Below, in pieces: positions 8,987 to 17,762 of a stretch of DNA of 64,000 nucleotides. Each line of letters opens with the position of its first letter. Position 1 is the first letter of the stretch. The notes beneath the pieces were generated by a model. That model was not told where the DNA came from, made no database searches, and saw nothing but the letters and a program-made list of their open reading frames with translations. Both the position numbers and the translations under genes were made by a program. This DNA is from Gammaproteobacteria bacterium (lineage in GTDB: Bacteria > Pseudomonadota > Gammaproteobacteria > Eutrophobiales > Eutrophobiaceae). Location: positions 1 to 64,000 of the forward strand of contig CAXMWX010000012.1 in assembly GCA_963422205.2 (NCBI GenBank), in the 5' to 3' direction.

Positions 8987-9919
8987 CTAAGCAACGGCAT
9001 TCTGAATCAGATACCCGGCCTCGGGCATCAGCAACTGCGTATCGGTATCACTGTCCACCGGATACACCCAGGCGCGGTTCTTCTTGCGGTAGTAGGGCAT
9101 CTCCACGGTGGGCGTACCACGCAGGCGGAAGGTATAACCAAAGGACGGCTCATCCTGCACGGGTGATGCCGGCACGTGCGCCACAACCACATGCTTGCCC
9201 CAGATCCGCTGACGTACCCCGTTCACCTTTTTCAAGGACTTGCCACAGACCACCTTGGCAACACCCCACAAGCTCGCCAGCAACTCTTCCGTGACGATGC
9301 TGCGCTCGGTGTGTTTGATCTTCTCACTGATAGCCTGGTTGGTACGCAAGGCATTCATTACCTCCACACCCAGATGCACCACGATATGGGTGCCGCCACA
9401 GTCCAACTCAATCGCATTGATGGCACGGATAATGTCCTCGGTGGGGTCTATATCCGGCTTGTCCCACTTGTTTGTACCTGTCAAAGCCAGCTTGTGAGAA
9501 GCCGCGTAGTTATTGGCATCCTGGGCCATAGCCGCCTGGGCTATCTCAATGTTCCGTTGTACCGGCTTTAAGGCCCGATTAACGGCGGCTGAGGCCAGAT
9601 CGACCGAGGGCACGTTCATGGCATCGTTATGCACCTCCCGCGGCACCACGGCATCTAAGCCATGCGTCTCTAAGGCGTAGGTCCGCTTGCCATAACGTAC
9701 CTGTACCTCAGCGGCATCCGCACCGGGCGCACGCAAGGTCTCTATCTGCTCGGTTAAGTGATCTTCAAAGTCCACGATCTTCCCCCCATGCAGCGTGACT
9801 TCCACATACGGGAATAACTCATGGCCGGTAAAGGTGGGTTCCTGATGGCCAATGGCATGGCTGGTCAGAATAGGGTCAACCAGCCTCGCCTCGGCTGGGG
9901 TCATTTGCGATACGGGCAT
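8987..9919 (-). CDS. Major capsid protein
   Basis: Start MPVSQMTPAEARLVDPILT after GAGGAGG; PSFGYTFRL and AGYLIQNAV C-terminus. Confidence 0.88.
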   Translation of the reverse strand: MPVSQMTPAEARLVDPILTSHAIGHQEPTFTGHELFPYVEVTLHGGKIVDFEDHLTEQIETLRAPGADAAEVQVRYGKRTYALETHGLDAVVPREVHNDAMNVPSVDLASAAVNRALKPVQRNIEIAQAAMAQDANNYAASHKLALTGTNKWDKPDIDPTEDIIRAINAIELDCGGTHIVVHLGVEVMNALRTNQAISEKIKHTERSIVTEELLASLWGVAKVVCGKSLKKVNGVRQRIWGKHVVVAHVPASPVQDEPSFGYTFRLRGTPTVEMPYYRKKNRAWVYPVDSDTDTQLLMPEAGYLIQNAVA

Positions 9920-9932
9920 GGTGTTGCCTCCT

Positions 9933-10275
9933 CTAGTTCGCGTTAAGATGAATGCGGATAAGATCGCCAGAAGCACTGGCCGCTTCCGCCGCCCGGCCAA
10001 GTGCCACGCCCGCATCGGTTGCAGGGATGGCACGTCCTTCAGCATCGCTTTGCACCGCAGCGCCCAGGGTAATGGCAGCCCCGGCTGTCACTGGCACCAC
10101 GCCGTGGGTGTCAATGGCTACGGCCTCACCCGCCGCCGCATCATGGCGGGCAACTCCATAAGCGGCTTCGTTATTGCCGGCCTGAGCGCCATCGTGTTTG
10201 ACGAAATGCTGGCCCTTGATAGCACCGGATGCCTTGACGGTGTCGGTGCATAATCGGATGACTTCTCTCACTCAT
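9933..10275 (-). CDS. Capsid cement/decoration protein (DUF2190-like); apparent 1-nt insertion near 10251
   Basis: G/A-rich GVA..DAAAGE..AGAAIT.GA.VQSDA.GRA; the RBS-supported ATG at 10275 is out of frame by one base. Confidence 0.75.
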
Positions 10276-10279
10276 TCTC

Positions 10280-11505
10280 TTAACCTCCTACCGCCTTAAC
10301 GGCCTCAATGTAATCCGTGTTCGGATGGTTACGCTGATATTCCAGCGCTTTGCTGTGCAAGGCCAGACGCTCGGCATCTACCACCGCCTTGTTATCGACC
10401 AGGGCAAAGCTGGCGGTGTCCTGATTATCCGGTGCGCTACCCGCACCGCCTAAGCTCGTACTCTAAATCAAGCTGCTTGCCGAGCTTGCCGATAAATGCC
10501 TCGAAGAACTGCATCGGCGTCTGTTTGACCTCTTCGGCTTTATCGTCTTCGCCCCGGCTAAATGTGAACGGGGCATCAGCGCCATCGGGCAGGGCCAGCA
10601 TGAACTCGACCAGGCCCTCACTCTGTGCTGGGCTTAAGCGGCCCTCAGAGACCGCCTTGTCCACCTGTGACTGATACGCACCGGCCAGACGCTCACGGCG
10701 TACCTTATCGAGTTCGCCTTTCAGCGCCGCATTGTCTTTGGCAAAGGCAGCCTGGCTTTCCGCTTTAGCAGCCTTGACCGCCGCATCCAGCTCGGCTTGT
10801 GTGAAATGGTGTGTCTCCGGCATGGGTTCATCTCCTGTCGGTTGGTAGTATGTAGAACTATCGAACTTGGGCGGGCTGGTCAGATCGGTGGCGTGTTCCT
10901 GAATAGATTCCACCTCATATTCCGGCATGACCTTGTCGGCAGCATCCACCCCGAAATACTCGACAATAAACTCCCGCAGGCGGCGCATGGCACGGCCAAG
11001 TACACGGGGGGTAGTGGCATCGGGCGCAAACTCACCGGCATATTCATACGCAGGTCGGCCCGACAAGCCATACTGCATGGGGGTGAGTTGCAAAGCTGGC
11101 GGCACCGCACCTAAGAAGCCGATATGCCGCACCTTAAATCCGCCTTGACCATCCGGGTCAATGGCAATGGAACGTTCGGGAAAACGCTTGTCGGCCACCA
11201 TCTGCTCAAAAGTCGGCTCAATATCCTTAGCCTTGAACCACAGCTTACCCGCAGCATCCAGCTTGTACTCGGACACCTGCCCATAACGTGGGTCATCGCT
11301 CGCTGGATGACCGATAACCAGGGGCGCCGGATGGGACGCATCATGGTTGGCCACCAGGGAGTTCAGATCATCGGCTGACCAGTAACGGCGTATTACCATT
11401 TGAGTCGGTATGTTCACCGGTCTCAAAGATATGGATCCAGTCGGCAAAAGCTCGCGCTGAGCGTGTTGAAGTGCCCTGGTATTGATGTGCTGTACGCATC
11501 GGCAT
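10280..11505 (-). pseudogene. Mu gpI-like prohead protease/scaffold with two apparent 1-nt insertions (~11388, ~10463)
   Basis: N-terminal FADWIHIFETGEHTDSNG, core APLVIGHP..RHIGFLGAVPPA and C-terminal DAERLALHSKALEYQRNHPNTDYIEAVKAV lie in three successive frames. Confidence 0.75.
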
Positions 11506-11511
11506 GGACGC

Positions 11512-11562
11512 ACCATGCCACAGCCTGGACATCAAAAATGACTACGTGAAATATTTCACGCA
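11512..11562 (-). promoter_or_regulatory. Late promoter for the head/tail operon (palindrome plus candidate -10 CATGGT)
   Basis: TGACTACGTGAAATATTTCACGCA at 11539-11562 is identical to 24350-24373. Confidence 0.75.
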
Positions 11563-11854
11563 GGGAAGGAGAATAATCGGGGGGCAGATGGATGCTATTT
11601 AACGCCTAAAACAGACCGGAGGGAAGGATATATGGTTTAAGCCCAAGTTGGCGACAGGCCCTGGTGCCTCTCCCGATCAACCGATTCAGCATCGCCTGTT
11701 GGTTGCACTCAAATCCAAGACAAAATGGCGTGAAAAATACTTAAATATCGTCTTGCTAATGTTCAAAAATACAGTATGTTCGCCCTTATAAACTACCCGG
11801 AAACCTAGTAGTGTCCCTTAAAGTTGTTTTCTTTCCTAAAACCTAGGAATAATA

Positions 11855-12670
11855 ATGAATTTAGGCATAACTAACGCACATTTGTATACAGCTTTCCGTA
11901 TCAAAACAAACTTTTGTCTACGGGAAGGTAATGAGAAAATACTTAATGGAACCTGTTTTTTTGTAAAAAACTCAAGAGAACAATTATGCTTGATTACAAA
12001 TAGGCATATATTTGAGCTCTGTTATAGCGGAACAGGCAAGTATGTGGGTTCAGTATTACAGTCTGTGATTATTGAAGGCTACATGGCTCTTGATGGTAAC
12101 ATTGATAATGTACCCCGAGGCCGTATCAGCTTCAAGATTTTAAACTTCTCCGATGTAACGTATGCAGGTGACTATCATGAAGATGTAGCCTGTATAGTTA
12201 ATCCACTGCCCGAACCGGAACAAGGATGTAATCAAAATATAAAGCTAGATTATTTTTTAGGGTATGAGTATTTAGCTGACGATAAATGGATACATGATTT
12301 TGTATCAGTTTATGATTTCCTCGTGTACCCCGGTTTTCCTGATTGGCATGATAAACTTGAGAATAGACCAATATTACGTACAGGCACTATTTCAAGCGAT
12401 CCAAGAACAAATTACTCAAATAAAAATGAACCAAGGGGAAGGCGAGTAGTGTATGAAGGTTTTTCATTTAGAGGGTCATCTGGCAGTCCTATGTTTGTTA
12501 CAGAAAAGGGGATTAAAGCAGGAAAAGGGCTTATTGGTGGCGGATTCAGGGAGTCACGTTTGATTGGAATTAATGCAGGGCATCTTATAGGAGATTTTGG
12601 ACAACATTCAGGGGTTTCCTATTTTATAAAGTCATCTGCAATTCTTGAGCTTGTTGATAAGCTGGCATGA
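11855..12670 (+). CDS. Trypsin-like serine protease (moron)
   Basis: Triad motifs LITNRH, DVAC, GSSGSP; AT-rich relative to the phage. Confidence 0.85.
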   Translation: MNLGITNAHLYTAFRIKTNFCLREGNEKILNGTCFFVKNSREQLCLITNRHIFELCYSGTGKYVGSVLQSVIIEGYMALDGNIDNVPRGRISFKILNFSDVTYAGDYHEDVACIVNPLPEPEQGCNQNIKLDYFLGYEYLADDKWIHDFVSVYDFLVYPGFPDWHDKLENRPILRTGTISSDPRTNYSNKNEPRGRRVVYEGFSFRGSSGSPMFVTEKGIKAGKGLIGGGFRESRLIGINAGHLIGDFGQHSGVSYFIKSSAILELVDKLA

Positions 12671-12774
12671 TACCTCATGGATGGTTCTAGGTTCGACCAC
12701 TAAGTAACTGACGAGAACTCGGCAACGTATTTTAGGGAAATCATGGCCGATGGCGGGTAAATCGAGCGTTTTCC

Positions 12775-12910
12775 CCCAATGACGCATCAAAGCCAGGTAC
12801 AACCCGCTTTAAAACCCCTTTAAAAGCCTTCAAAAGCGTTTAAGAATTTTTTCTAAGGGGCAAGTAGCCCCTGCGGGATAAAACGGCCAGAAAAAGCACA
12901 CGGGCGGTAT
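12775..12910. other. Phased A-tract region, candidate Mu-type strong gyrase site
   Basis: ccgctttaaaa-cccctttaaaa-gccttcaaaa-gcgtttaagaa with 10-11 bp period; intergenic, near the gpI promoter. Confidence 0.5.
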
Positions 12911-12931
12911 TGTGTATTGGCAACGAGCAGC

Positions 12932-13597
12932 TCAACTGTTACCAGAATACTGTTTACATGTTTTTCCTAAAAGCTCTCTGGTTTCAGTATCCAGTAAATA
13001 GCCATGAGACTTAAGCAATGGCGGTATATATTCCTGCGCACATGACCAAGCATGATGTATTTGATCATTGCTTGCGCAATACTCTAATAGTTTCTTGTAT
13101 TGCTCATCTTGCAATTCTTCAATATGAGGTAAAAGACGTTGAAAGTTTTTCTCTGCGCTTCGAAAATCCCCTGATCTTCCAATGATTTCGATGATTGCAT
13201 CTGTCCCCACTTTAAAATCCTGCTTAATTAGTCCAGGCAGTAGATCGTCTATTATTATCCTGCCTGGCTCCACCTTGGTAGACTGAATATAGGTAATAAA
13301 ACCTCGTGGAGTTGTGCCATCGATCGACAAAGGGATAATCGTTAAATTCTTTCGATAGGCGGCGATACCGGATTCTTGCACACACCATGCCGAGGAAAAA
13401 TAGCGTTTGCTAAGTATACTGATGAAAATTTTCGCACTAGCGATCTCATCTAGTATTTTGACGCGCCACTCTTCTGAGACATCGATATCTTCATGCGCTA
13501 AAAAGGATTCAACCCCAATTCTCTCTAAAATATTTTTTATTTCCCTGGCAACTAATTTGTCGTCAGTTTGGTAACTGATAAATGCGTAGGCCCCCAT
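12932..13597 (-). CDS. TIR domain protein with C-terminal helical domain (moron)
   Basis: AFISY...FLAHEDI..SEEW...S.WCVQE with catalytic Glu; AT-rich. Confidence 0.88.
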   Translation of the reverse strand: MGAYAFISYQTDDKLVAREIKNILERIGVESFLAHEDIDVSEEWRVKILDEIASAKIFISILSKRYFSSAWCVQESGIAAYRKNLTIIPLSIDGTTPRGFITYIQSTKVEPGRIIIDDLLPGLIKQDFKVGTDAIIEIIGRSGDFRSAEKNFQRLLPHIEELQDEQYKKLLEYCASNDQIHHAWSCAQEYIPPLLKSHGYLLDTETRELLGKTCKQYSGNS

Positions 13598-13740
13598 TTT
13601 ATCTACTCAGAAACTCAACGCCCACCATCTCTGCCGCTGCCTTAATCCGATATTCATATTTACCAACCTTGCCGTCCGTGTCATAAATCACAACTGTTGA
13701 CCGCTGTTCGGGCTGAGGTTAGATGGGATGACAAGAATAA

Positions 13741-14274
13741 CTATTCCCACCGCCATTTCCAGCCTATGCGATTTGTTGTGTCACAGCAGGATTTTGGTTC
13801 TTTGATAATATGAGCAATAGGGTCGGCCGGGCCGCATCTCTCATGCCTTTCAATCTTGTATATAGGGCCCCATTCAGCTTTGATCTTACAGTGGTAGTTG
13901 TAAGTGACATGCCCGGACAAGTCTTTATTATTCTCTTCCCAATGATCTGGTTCTCCCCAATGAATTGAAACGCCGATGGCTTGTTCCTTTTCTCTCTTGA
14001 GATTATTGCAATGCCATATTGGGCTCTTGCCACCTCCAATCCAACCAGAACTACTTTCCACTACCTCGGTATACTTGTAACCCTCGATCTTATTGATGTT
14101 TTCACATGCTTTCCATTGGTTAGACTTAGTTACTTTGGTTACTTCTTTGTAACCGCAAATTTCGCCATCTGTTACACACAGGTATCTTGGCTCAATCAAT
14201 GCAACAACACCAACAGCTAAGGTTGCTATGGCAACAATCAAGGCTACTGTTCTGTGTGTGTTTATTGACATCAC
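13741..14274 (-). CDS. Membrane-anchored Cys-rich hypothetical protein (moron)
   Basis: N-terminal TM helix, 8 Cys. Confidence 0.65.
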   Translation of the reverse strand: MMSINTHRTVALIVAIATLAVGVVALIEPRYLCVTDGEICGYKEVTKVTKSNQWKACENINKIEGYKYTEVVESSSGWIGGGKSPIWHCNNLKREKEQAIGVSIHWGEPDHWEENNKDLSGHVTYNYHCKIKAEWGPIYKIERHERCGPADPIAHIIKEPKSCCDTTNRIGWKWRWE

Positions 14275-14292
14275 TTTAATTATAACAAGCGG

Positions 14293-14811
14293 CTACTCAC
14301 AACTCTCCAACCGCTCACCTTTGCGCCACTTGCTAGGCATTACGAACTCACCCGCCCATAAACCCACTTTATTTTGCTTAGCCTCATTCTCAGCACTGAT
14401 GTAATCGTTTTTCAATGGTCCCGGTAGATAATTACGATACGCAACTGCCCAGCCTTCTTTCAGCATTTCTAGGTGAATGTCTTTATCACCATCATAAGCC
14501 GTGACAACAGGGCGACCGTACCTACCAACATCCCAAATTTTGAAATTCAGTTTTTTGAACTTGCACTTTTCCTTGCCGCTATCCAAACAGATCATGGACA
14601 GTAAGGCTTGCTTTGCCTCTTCGCCACAGGCATAACATTCACCGTTCCGACTGCATTGCTGTTTTGACTCCGGCGTATCAATGCCCTGAGACCGGAAACT
14701 GATCTTGTAGGTATCCCCATCTGAAACACCTCTCGGCACTACGTCATCTATCGTTTGCCCTAATGCAATGGTCGGCAACATTAGCATAAGCACTATCATA
14801 ATCGTTTGCAT
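14293..14811 (-). CDS. Secreted thermonuclease (SNase family)
   Basis: Signal peptide; DGDT, GIDTPE, GRYGR, AE..AK..K.GLW. Confidence 0.9.
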   Translation of the reverse strand: MQTIMIVLMLMLPTIALGQTIDDVVPRGVSDGDTYKISFRSQGIDTPESKQQCSRNGECYACGEEAKQALLSMICLDSGKEKCKFKKLNFKIWDVGRYGRPVVTAYDGDKDIHLEMLKEGWAVAYRNYLPGPLKNDYISAENEAKQNKVGLWAGEFVMPSKWRKGERLESCE

Positions 14812-14813
14812 TT

Positions 14814-16133
14814 CTACCCCCGCAACGTTCGCGCCATCCACACCACCTCACCAACCACCTCGGCATCAGCAGGCAGGGGAATATCCTCCCAAGCCGGATG
14901 ATCACTCACCATCAGGTGCTGACCACCCTCATCCACACCTGCACGCTTGACCACCAGACCATCACCCGTGCGGACAACATAAATCGTATCAGCACGCCAG
15001 TCCGTGCGCAACCGGTTGACTAGTATCTTTGCCCCCGCCACCAAGGTCGGCTCCATGCTCTCACCTGCTACTCCGATGATGGCGCATTGAGTAGCATCAA
15101 GGCCGTGTTCGTCCAGCCAGTCACGGCGAAACCATAACTGACCGGTGGTCTGCTCCAGATCAATCGCCATACCCCCGCCTGCGGCTGCTTGTACCTCCAC
15201 CACAGACACGGGCCTGGCCGCCAACGGTATATCGCCGTTCTCAGCCACCGCAGTACCAGGTAGCAATACATCACGCAGATCATCCGGTATCGGGTCGCCC
15301 CCCGCCTCATGCACCGCACGTACCAGCCCCTGGGTGTGATCCTCAACAGCCGTTTTCTCAACGCCTTTGACAGGCGGTGCTAACGGCGCCTGCTGCCACT
15401 CATACGCCCGTGGGTCAGGGGCTGGTATAGCTGTCATCCCCGCCTTCGGCTTATCCTGGAATACCCCCACCACGGCACCCTGGCGAGTAATAAAGCTCCG
15501 CTTGGCTTGCTCATTCACGCTGCCCACCCGGCCTGTGTTCGGCTCACCCCAGCCCCGCAGCGTCAAGTCCGTGTCAGTAAAACCTAGCAAACGCTTGATG
15601 CGTCCGGTGCCATTGCCATCATCCATCCACAGCCTCTGGCCCACTGCCAGTGGGGTATTGGGCGAGATAAGGCAGTAGTCCCCCGGCGAGATACCTTCCG
15701 GGATCATGGATGTCCCTTCAGCCACGACATAAAACACATCCGGATCATCGCTTAAGCCCTCCGGTTCTGGCAACTCATCCTCAGTGATCGGGGCAACATA
15801 GTGGCGATGTTTCTGCACATCCATGCCGCATTGCGCACGGCCATTGAACGGCAACTCTGTCGCAATAAAGGTGAGCGGGGTAGGCTCATAGGCGGGGGGC
15901 AATTCGGCTACATGGTCATGCGTATCTCCACGGGGCGGGCCGATATAGAACTCCAAGCCGAGGGCACGGCAGATTTCAGCGGCACGATTAATTGTGGGCA
16001 CCTGTCCTTCAGACAAAACACCATAGAGACTCCTAACTGGCACACCAAATTCAAGGGCAGCCGCACGGACTGAAATGCCTTTGTCAGCCAGCCTATCTTT
16101 GACAGATGCAACAAAGTGGTCGTTTGTGTCCAT
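14814..16133 (-). CDS. CI-like repressor: XRE HTH plus two tandem S24 peptidase domains
   Basis: HTH at the N-terminus; GTSM..IKRL and GESM..VKRA Ser/Lys dyads; divergent from a cro-like gene. Confidence 0.85.
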   Translation of the reverse strand: MDTNDHFVASVKDRLADKGISVRAAALEFGVPVRSLYGVLSEGQVPTINRAAEICRALGLEFYIGPPRGDTHDHVAELPPAYEPTPLTFIATELPFNGRAQCGMDVQKHRHYVAPITEDELPEPEGLSDDPDVFYVVAEGTSMIPEGISPGDYCLISPNTPLAVGQRLWMDDGNGTGRIKRLLGFTDTDLTLRGWGEPNTGRVGSVNEQAKRSFITRQGAVVGVFQDKPKAGMTAIPAPDPRAYEWQQAPLAPPVKGVEKTAVEDHTQGLVRAVHEAGGDPIPDDLRDVLLPGTAVAENGDIPLAARPVSVVEVQAAAGGGMAIDLEQTTGQLWFRRDWLDEHGLDATQCAIIGVAGESMEPTLVAGAKILVNRLRTDWRADTIYVVRTGDGLVVKRAGVDEGGQHLMVSDHPAWEDIPLPADAEVVGEVVWMARTLRG

Positions 16134-16135
16134 AG

Positions 16136-16237
16136 TGCATTTTATTGCAACTAGGCTATTGCACAACTTGTTTGCATTAAAGCGTAAATCAGGCTTGACA
16201 TGGTTTGCGTTATAGCGCATCTTTGCATTATGACGCA
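16136..16237. promoter_or_regulatory. Immunity region: four 14-bp imperfect palindromic operators and the early promoter
   Basis: TGCATTTTATTGCA, TGCATTAAAGCGTA, TGCGTTATAGCGCA, TGCATTATGACGCA; TTGACA(16195)-17bp-CATCTT. Confidence 0.7.
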
Positions 16238-16493
16238 AACCACCCAAATCGTATTGCTGATTGAAGTGCTGGCTGAAGCAACTGGCCTCAGCCCAAATAC
16301 GATTGCCCGTTATGTATCGGGGAACGGAGACTTTTACGCCCGCCTCAAATGTGGTCACGATCTTACCACTCGCCGTGCAGTCAGGGTCATACAACAGATA
16401 TCTAACCGCTGGCCAGCCAACACGCCTTGGCCTGCTGGCATTTCCCGTCCTGTTCCGTCACCGGATTCGCCAGCCGCACAGGCGGCGGCATGA
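16230..16493 (+). CDS. Cro/Ner-like HTH regulator
   Basis: Small HTH protein divergent from the repressor, ending WP..TPWP.GI.RP. Confidence 0.75.
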   Translation: MTQTTQIVLLIEVLAEATGLSPNTIARYVSGNGDFYARLKCGHDLTTRRAVRVIQQISNRWPANTPWPAGISRPVPSPDSPAAQAAA

Positions 16494-16741
16494 TCTACCT
16501 GCACCCGGCCTGCTGCGTATCACCTGAGCATGTACAGGCCGTGCAGGCAGCCACGGGTTTGACTGCTGTTATCAATGTGGATGGTCAGGCAATTTTACGG
16601 CCGCCGACCTCTTCCTCAGGCCGTGAACATAAGGCGGCCCCTTCACCCATCGCACCGGGTCATGTTTCCCCTGGCAGTGACACAGCCGCCGGTGCGGTGG
16701 GTGTTTTTTATCGCCACAAAGAGGATACCCATGCCAACTAA
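16490..16741 (+). CDS. Hypothetical phage protein
   Basis: MIYLHPA..VQAVQAATGL; ATGA coupling with the upstream gene. Confidence 0.55.
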   Translation: MIYLHPACCVSPEHVQAVQAATGLTAVINVDGQAILRPPTSSSGREHKAAPSPIAPGHVSPGSDTAAGAVGVFYRHKEDTHAN

Positions 16742-17759
16742 ATCCTTGAGCAAACTCACCCCGCCGAAACACGTGGCGGCGTTTCTTGATCAGTTAGACC
16801 TATTGCCTTTGCCGGAGATGTTGGCCTTGCCAGCCAGTCAGCGTGTCATCCATGCGGCGGCGGGTATGAAGATGCAACTGGCCGGGGCTTTGTATACCGG
16901 CTATGCCTTGCGTAGCTTAAAAGCCGAGTTGCCACATGGGGAGTATATGGCGGCGACCAGTGAGATAGGTATGCCTGATAGAACTGCCCGGCGCTACATT
17001 CAGTTGGTTGATTTATTTGAAGGGTTGAAGTCCTCAAAATGGCCAGCGCTGGCCGATTTGGAACTGACAAAAATCTATGAACTGATGTCCTGGGGAGCAG
17101 GGGAACTGGATGCGTTATGTAGTGGCAAGGAAGTCAATGGCATTACCCTGGAAGCAGCGAAAGAGCTATCTACCCGCGAGTTGTCTGCAACCATCAAAGA
17201 GGCCGCAGAAGCTGATACGCACAAGCAGCTTATCAAGCTGGAGAAGGAGAAGAACAACCTGGCGGCCAGGCTACAGGACAAGGACAACACTATTCGTGCG
17301 TTACGGTGCAGCCGGGGTGAGAGTCCAGCGCATGGTTTCCCGGACTTTGTCACCACAGCGAGACAGGAGGCCAACGCAGCGGCAGAGAAGGTGGGCTTGT
17401 GTGTGGATGATATGACCGCCCTGCATGCGGAGCTCGCCCGGCTGTGGGGCCTGCAACGTAATGATGAGCGCTTGCGTGAGTACTGGCATATCGCTGCGGC
17501 TGCCATCTACTACCAGACAAAAGCGATGACCGCGCAGACCACGGCCTTGCTGACCAGGCTGGAAGCCGAGTTGCCCGAGGCGGTAACAGGTGAGTTGGTC
17601 GGTGAGTACCTCTATACCGAGGATGAGGTCAAGCAGGTAATCGCCGATCGCAACCTCATCATCCAGTTACATGATCATGAGAAGATCTGTCGGGACAACG
17701 CTCGTCATCAGGGGCGGCGGGGCCGGCCCAGAAAGCATACGGCCAAGGCGAAGGGCTAA
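16731..17759 (+). CDS. DUF3102-like early protein with coiled coil
   Basis: G..L..LK.ELPHGEY...RTARRY motif; GAGGA RBS; precedes the transposase. Confidence 0.7.
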   Translation: MPTKSLSKLTPPKHVAAFLDQLDLLPLPEMLALPASQRVIHAAAGMKMQLAGALYTGYALRSLKAELPHGEYMAATSEIGMPDRTARRYIQLVDLFEGLKSSKWPALADLELTKIYELMSWGAGELDALCSGKEVNGITLEAAKELSTRELSATIKEAAEADTHKQLIKLEKEKNNLAARLQDKDNTIRALRCSRGESPAHGFPDFVTTARQEANAAAEKVGLCVDDMTALHAELARLWGLQRNDERLREYWHIAAAAIYYQTKAMTAQTTALLTRLEAELPEAVTGELVGEYLYTEDEVKQVIADRNLIIQLHDHEKICRDNARHQGRRGRPRKHTAKAKG

Positions 17760-17762
17760 GTC

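Noticed and set aside
10437-11516. 359-aa ORF as the complete protease
   Set aside because: Both ends are out-of-frame artefacts; the conserved termini lie in adjacent frames (10280-11505)
12695-12745. Hammerhead-like CTGACGAG...GAAA
   Set aside because: Stem II lacks the closing G-C pair and stems I/III could not be built
11804-12746. IS-like inverted repeats around the protease gene (tagtgtcccttaaa / ttttagggaaatca)
   Set aside because: Match is short and degenerate, with no target duplication or transposase
13613-13724. attC-like site between the Cys-rich and TIR genes (ATCTAAC...GTTGAGT on the minus strand)
   Set aside because: Core motifs are present but the inner L boxes do not pair, and there is no integrase or second site
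14814-16394. 526-aa repressor start at 16394
   Set aside because: The extension overlaps the operators and the cro-like gene; the HTH begins after ATG 16133
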